Below, in pieces: positions 53,901-64,000 of a DNA stretch of 64,000 nucleotides (its first letter is position 1; every line of letters starts with the position of its first letter). A model generated the notes under the pieces. That model worked only from the letters and a program-made list of their open reading frames with translations, searched no databases and was not told where the DNA came from. A program made the translations under genes and the position numbers. This stretch comes from Felis catus (lineage: Eukaryota), in the NCBI RefSeq assembly GCF_018350175.1, contig NC_058369.1, positions 6,138,001 to 6,202,000 on the forward strand. The letters run 5' to 3'.

Positions 53901-54259
53901 GAGATCGTTCTATACAGGAGAGACCCTTTAACTCAGCTTTCCAGATGTCCTAGGGTTCTGACCTCTATGTGGCCATTTTCAGAGAGCTGGCCAGAAACAT
54001 GTAAAGCAAACCCTCTTGTTAGCTTGGCTCCATCGGTCTCCTCTGCTCCCACTCCACTGGGTCAGCTCCTGAGCTGCAGGTAAACCTCCTGATCCAGAAC
54101 CCAGGCCCTCATTGGAACCCCAAGATTTCTTAGCATTAGCTGAGCCTTAATCTCTAGAACCAGGGAGAAGTAGCCTGGACAGCCCAAGAAGCTCCATTGG
54201 AAGCCCCACTAACTCTTAAGTGATGAATGATTTCTCCAAAGATTTCCAATGTTCTCTCT

Positions 54260-57200
54260 TTTTGGCGCACAGCAGAGCTGTTCTTTCCTGCCCCCTCATG
54301 GTTGAGTAAGGCCATGTGACTTGTTCTGAGCAATGAGTAGTGAGTGGAAATGTATCATTTCCCAGCCAGAGTATCTAATTGCCATGCAAGACCACCCCCC
54401 ACCCCAGAGATTTCTTTCCTCTGCTACAGTGATCTGAAACATTCCAGATAGTGGCTGTTTCATCAGTGGGGTGAGGAGTGAGGCACATGGGAAAGAATCC
54501 TTAAATGATCTGTAATAGATACACCTTGAGAGCAAAAAATTAATCTTGTATGGTTTTAGGCTCCCAAGACTTTGGGGTCATTTTTTACAGCAGCATATTC
54601 TAATTTATCCTGGCAGAGACACCATCCCATCCACATCATAGTACCTGGGTCCAGCCGAGGGCTTTATATTAGTTTGGTAGGGCTTCCATAACGAAGGATC
54701 GCAGAGCCGGTGGCTTAAACAACAGAAATTTATTGTCTCCCAGTTCTGGAGGCTAGAAGTCGGAGATCCAAGTTAACAGGGTTCGTTCCTCTGAGGGCTG
54801 TGATGGAGCATCTGTCTGATGCCGCTTTCCTAGCTTCTGGTGGACTCAGGCATTCCTTGGCTTTGTAGTTGATGTTCTCCCTGTGTCTTCACGTTGTCTT
54901 CCCTCTATATATCTGTCCTAGTGTCCAAATGTCCCCGTTTTATAAGGACACTAGTCATGACTGATTAATTTTTGCTTATTATCTCTTTAAAAATCTTATC
55001 TCCAAATAGAGTCTCACTCTGTTGTCCTGGTTAGGATTTCAACATATACATTTGGGAGGGGGGCACAATTCAGCCCATAGCAGGCTCCATTCCAACTTCG
55101 AGGTGCCAGCAGTCCCATCCTGCCCAGGATCGGTGAGAAAAAGTAGGAAAGATTGATGCCAGTCTAAGTTGGTGAGGCTTGGGGCATCTTAGGCTCTAGT
55201 GATCAGGGAGTTCCTTCTAGGTCCATGGAGGACTTCTTCCCTGAGGATTCAGTGCTGCCCCCAGGATTGCAGCCTTAAATGGAAATCTCAACAAGTCCAC
55301 CTCCAGAGGAAATAACATTGGGTGGTGAGTAAGCTTATGAATATGAATCCTGGCTACATCTATTAACAACTGTGTAACTTAACCCCCTCAGAAGCTTGTT
55401 TTCTCTCCTATAAAATGGGATGATAATAATACGTCCTCCATAGAGCTACTGTAGGAATTCAGAGAGAACATGCATGCATCAGTGCAAGGCCTGATATATA
55501 GCAATTTTCCCATAAGCTCATTGTTATTGCTGCTGATGGTGTTAATTTGTGCTTAAAGGAAAGGGGAAACTATGTGGTCTCAGGGTGGGGTGCCAAGACT
55601 CCCAATAGAGTGGGAGACACCTCAAGCATCTTTGATTTATCTCCAGAACTTGGGTTCATTCAACAAGCACTTATTGAGCAGCTACTCTGAGCCAGGAGCT
55701 CTTTTATGCAAAGTTTCCCCAGTGATGGAACTTCTATTCAAGCGTGTCTCATTCAGAAAGATATACACAACTAAATAAACAAGTAAAACAACTGTGGATA
55801 GAGATTGTGATTTTGGGGCGCCTGGGTGGCTCAGTTGGTCGAGCGTCCAACTTTGGCTCAGGTCATGATCTCGGAGTTCGTGGGTTCAGGCCCTGCGTCG
55901 GGCTCTGTGCTGACAGCTCAGAGCCTGGAGCCTGCTTCGGATTCTGTGTCTCCCTCTCTCTCTGCCCCTTCCCCGCTCATGCTCTGTCTCTCTCTGTCTC
56001 TCAAAAATGAATAAACGTTAAAAAATAAATAAATAAAAGCAAGGAAACGGGGCAGGCGGGGGTGGGAAAGCTACTTTAGACAGTAGCTTCAGACAGTCTG
56101 AAGGAGTGATATTTGAGAACAGACTTATTCAGCTACACAAAGAGTGAAAAGCAGAGGGCTTGAAGGCGGGAGACTTTGAGAAAAAGAAAGAATGCTGGTG
56201 TAATTGGAACAGCATGGGCAAGGGTGGAGGGGAAGGCCAATAGGATGGAGATTTTGACAAGGGGCAAACTTGGACTGAATCTTCAGCTTAATGTGCCTCT
56301 TAAAACCTAGAGATTTGCTGAGGTCAGCGATGTCACGGTCTTGGATGGGAAGGTAGAGACAGGGGGACTTATCAGCACCTGGGACAGCTCTCTCTCGCTG
56401 TCCATGGTGCTGACACGCTGAGACCAGGTTCCCAATGGGGTACAGGAGATGAAGTTCCCTACCTTGGAGGCTCTGGTGTGCCAGATACGAATAGTCAGAA
56501 TGTCAAAAATGACTAATTATTGAGGGTCTTCTATCGGCTCAGCCCGTGTGCTTGGGCAAAATAACGCCTGCCTCCTCCAAATATGCCTACACCCTAGTCC
56601 CCAGAACCTGTGAATGTCCCCCTACCTGACAGAAAGGACTCTGCAGAAGTGATTACGCTGAGGATCTTGAGATGATCCTGGATTACCCACGTGGGCCTAA
56701 TGCCGTCACAAGCGTCTCTACAGGAGGGAGGCAGGAGGGTCAGAGACAGGGAAGGAGATGGAGACTGGAAGCAGAGGTCAGAGTGATGCAACGCAAGAAA
56801 GAGGAAGCCAGCCACCTNNNNNNNNNNNNNNNNNNNNNNNNNNNNNNNNNNNNNNNNNNNNNNNNNNNNNNNNNNNNNNNNNNNNNNNNNNNNNNNNNNN
56901 NNNNNNNNNNNNNNNNNNNNNNNNNNNNNNNNNNNNNNNNNNNNNNNNNNNNNNNNNNNNNNNNNNNNNNNNNNNNNNNNNNNNNNNNNNNNNNNNNNNN
57001 NNCTTTCAGCACCAAGTTTGTGATGATTAATTTCAGAAGCAGTAGGAAAATCATGTGAACCAAAGCCCGGGAAAGACAGCTCTCTCCTTCACATAATCCA
57101 GGAATTGGCACAACAGAGAATTCGACTCCCTGACTGAAGGTTTGTGTCCCCTGCTCCAATTTGTATGTAGAAGTGGTGACCTCCAATGTAATGGCATCAG

Positions 57201-57480
57201 ATGGGGCCTCTGGAAGGTCACGAGGGTGGAGTCCTCACGAGTGGGATTGGCGAGTGCCCTTATAAGAGAAACCCCAGAGAGATCTCTCACCCTCTCTCTG
57301 ACAAACGAGGGTACGACAGGGAGTCGGCAGCCTGCAACTCAGAAAAGTCCTTCCCCAGGACCCAGCTATGTTGGCACCTTAATCTTTGACTTCAAAGACC
57401 CCACAACTGAGAAATAAAGGTCTGTGTTGAAGGCCCCCAGCCTGTGGTACTTTGTTATGGTGGCCGCAGCAAAGCAATAT
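54260..57480. mobile_element. Several MLT1/MST-type LTR fragments plus a CAN-SINE at 55814-56038
   Basis: ggcttaaacaacagaaatttatt...ggaggctagaagtc, cctagtccccagaacctgtgaatg, gagtgcccttataagaga. Confidence 0.65.
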
Positions 57481-58159
57481 ACCTGGGGACGGTGGGGAGC
57501 TCCGGCCCAACTCCAGCTCGCACTGGGTTCGCCTGGAAGAGGAGTGCTCTCCAAGCCCACAGAGTCACTGTTAGGGGGCTCGGCCCACCCCAGCTGCCCC
57601 TGGGCCACTTCAAGGCGAGGAGGGGAGCTTCAGGTAAGTATCTAGAAGACAGCGCATACGTGAGCCCCAGGGCTGTTCTCGCTCAGCACAGCCTCTCTCT
57701 GGACAACGTCATCGATCCCCATGTCATTGATCTCCACCACTGCCCTGGTGCTTCTGACTGGTCCCAGCACAAATCTCTCTTAAGTTCCCAACCCAAATGT
57801 CCAGAGCCCCCACCATCTCCCTTCGGATGGCCCCTCAAGCTCCTCACACTGAACGTGGTCAGAACAGAGCCCAGAATGACCCCCTACTCCTGTTCCTTTC
57901 TCCATGTCCCATCTTGACAAAGAGGCCCCTCCCTGGTCACCTATGCCACGGTGCCCTCGTCCTCCTTGGCATCCCCTGCGCCCTGCCCCCCAGTGTGCAT
58001 CAAACTCTGGATTCTGGCAAATTTTCTTGTGAATGTCTCGGACATTGTCCCTCCTTCCCCTCCCTGGGTCCGCTGCCCCAGTCATCTCTCCTCGGTCCCT
58101 TGCGAGCCATCCCCTTCTGGAGACACAGATCTGACTATTCCCCACTCAAAAACCTCCCA

Positions 58160-58740
58160 AGGCCGGTGTGTTGCTGGTGGGAAGGTCAAGTGGTATAGCC
58201 ACCGTGAGGAAGAGTGTGGCAGTTCCTCAAAAAGTTAAACCGAGCATGACCGTATGACGTGGCAATGCCACTTCTGGGTCCACACTCAGTGGAAGTGAAA
58301 GCAAGGATATGCATATGCCCGTGTTCACGGCACCGTTGCTCACAACGCCCCCAAGGTGGAAGCAGCCAGGAGCGTCCACTGACAGGTAAACAAATGAACA
58401 AGACGTGATCCATCCGTACAACGGAGTATCATTCAGTCTTAAAAAGGAAGGACGTTCTGATGCCTGCTACACGGATGACACTTGAGGGCATCATACTTAA
58501 CGAAATAAGTCAGTCACACCAAAGGACAAATACTATCTGATTTCATTTATATGAGGTCCCTGGAGGAGTCAAACCCATAGAGACAGAAAGTAGCTGGTGG
58601 GTGCTGGGGCTGGGCGAGGGGGAGTTAGTGCTTAATTGGGGCGGAGTTTCAGTTTCGGGTGAGAAAGTTCTGGAGGGGGACAGTGGGGATGACTGCACAA
58701 CGGTGCCACCGAATTTTGCACTTAACGGCATGTGGTAAAG
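58160..58740 (+). mobile_element. L1MB-type 3' end
   Basis: ggcagttcctcaaaaagttaaac, aaataagtcagtcaca, atagagacagaaagtag. Confidence 0.75.
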
Positions 58741-59531
58741 GCAGTGACTGGGAGCCCCCAAAAGGCCTTCAGCACACAGTAGGGGCGCCGGCTGGGAGCC
58801 TCGAGGGGCCCGGGCTCAGGCCCAGGCTAGAGCCCAGGAGCGACAGCTGTAGTGACAGTAGCAGTGGCATCTGATGGGGCACTTACTACCAGCGTCACTT
58901 CACAGGTGGAGCAGGTGAGGCTCAGAGTTTCAGCCACAAGCCTGAGGCCACCAGTAAGAAGCCAGGCTGGGGCTTCACACCAGGCAGTTCGGCTCCACAG
59001 TCTAGACACACCAAGACGGTGACTGAGAACTCCTGGGGACAGGTCTCCGCGCGCCGTCGGGACTGGCTCATTCTGTGCGGCCTCAGCTCAACACACAGTA
59101 GGGTCATGCCTGGGAGTCTCTGAAAGTTTGTGAGCTCCGTGCACGCGTGTGCCCACGTGTGCCTGCGTATTTGCACAGGGCATCCTTTGGGAGCCAGGCT
59201 CTGTTGCTCACACAGTAGGCACACGTAGCACACAAAGCACGTGCACACAGTAGGACCAGCCAAGGGCAGGGGGAAAATAAGGGGTGCCAGGGTGGGCACC
59301 CAAGAACACCTGTGATCCCTGGGGGTTGCCTGTGGCATTCGGAGGTCCTGTGAATTCTGAGAGCCCTCGGGGAAGCTGGGCCTGAGGCTGGGCAAGGGGG
59401 CAGCAGGGGCGGGGGCTGTGACAAGCTCAAGGCTGTCTCGGCCCCAGCTCCAGCCATCCCAGTCATGGAAGGTGGGGCGAGGTGCCCCCTGCACCCAAAG
59501 ATGACATGAGGCCACTTCCAAGAGGGGAGGG

Positions 59532-59537
59532 TTTATT
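59532..59537 (-). terminator. PNPLA6 polyadenylation signal AATAAA
   Basis: tttatt ~200 nt past the stop codon. Confidence 0.8.
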
Positions 59538-59734
59538 GGGAGTAACTGATCCAGGGTCCTCAGTGCGGTGCTGTCCCTCCCCTCGGGGGCAGGGCAGTCC
59601 AGTGTGTGCGCCCTGGGCGCTGGGATCAAGGGGGACCCAGGAGGGTCGCAGGCATAGCAGCAGGCAGAGAGGGAATGAGCCACCCCCACAGGGCTCGCCC
59701 CCAGCCCAGCCCCAGGGGGACCCTCTCGAGGTCC

Positions 59735-63998
<4,264 letters not shown>

Positions 63999-64000
63999 GA

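Overview
Mammalian genomic DNA, most likely felid, judged from abundant tRNA-derived SINEC_Fc-type CAN-SINEs. It is syntenic with human 19p13.2 in reversed orientation and has six N gaps. Gene order: STXBP2 promoter (-, window edge), PCP2 (+, 4 coding exons plus an alternative ATG-only first exon), PET100 (-, 4 exons), a ~310-bp bidirectional promoter, XAB2 (+, 19 exons, 857 aa), CAMSAP3 (-, first coding exon inferred to lie in an N gap), ~23 kb of repeat-rich intergenic DNA, and the 3' part of PNPLA6/NTE (-). The top finding is in PNPLA6: two tandem homologous 117-nt exons each encode the patatin catalytic-aspartate segment, canonical DGGYINNLP versus alternative DGCYVNNVP. They look like a mutually exclusive active-site switch. 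The last possible branch-point A lies only 44 nt from the upstream donor, the canonical exon has a GC donor, QKI and RBFOX motifs flank the pair, and nested complementary segments bracket the canonical exon. Also notable are an ATP5MC2 retrocopy with an open 141-codon frame nested in Tigger1 downstream of a co-oriented solo LTR, and a SINE insertion carrying a 40-bp copy of nearby PET100 intron sequence. Gene and repeat identities rest on recalled sequences, not database searches, and repeat boundaries are approximate.
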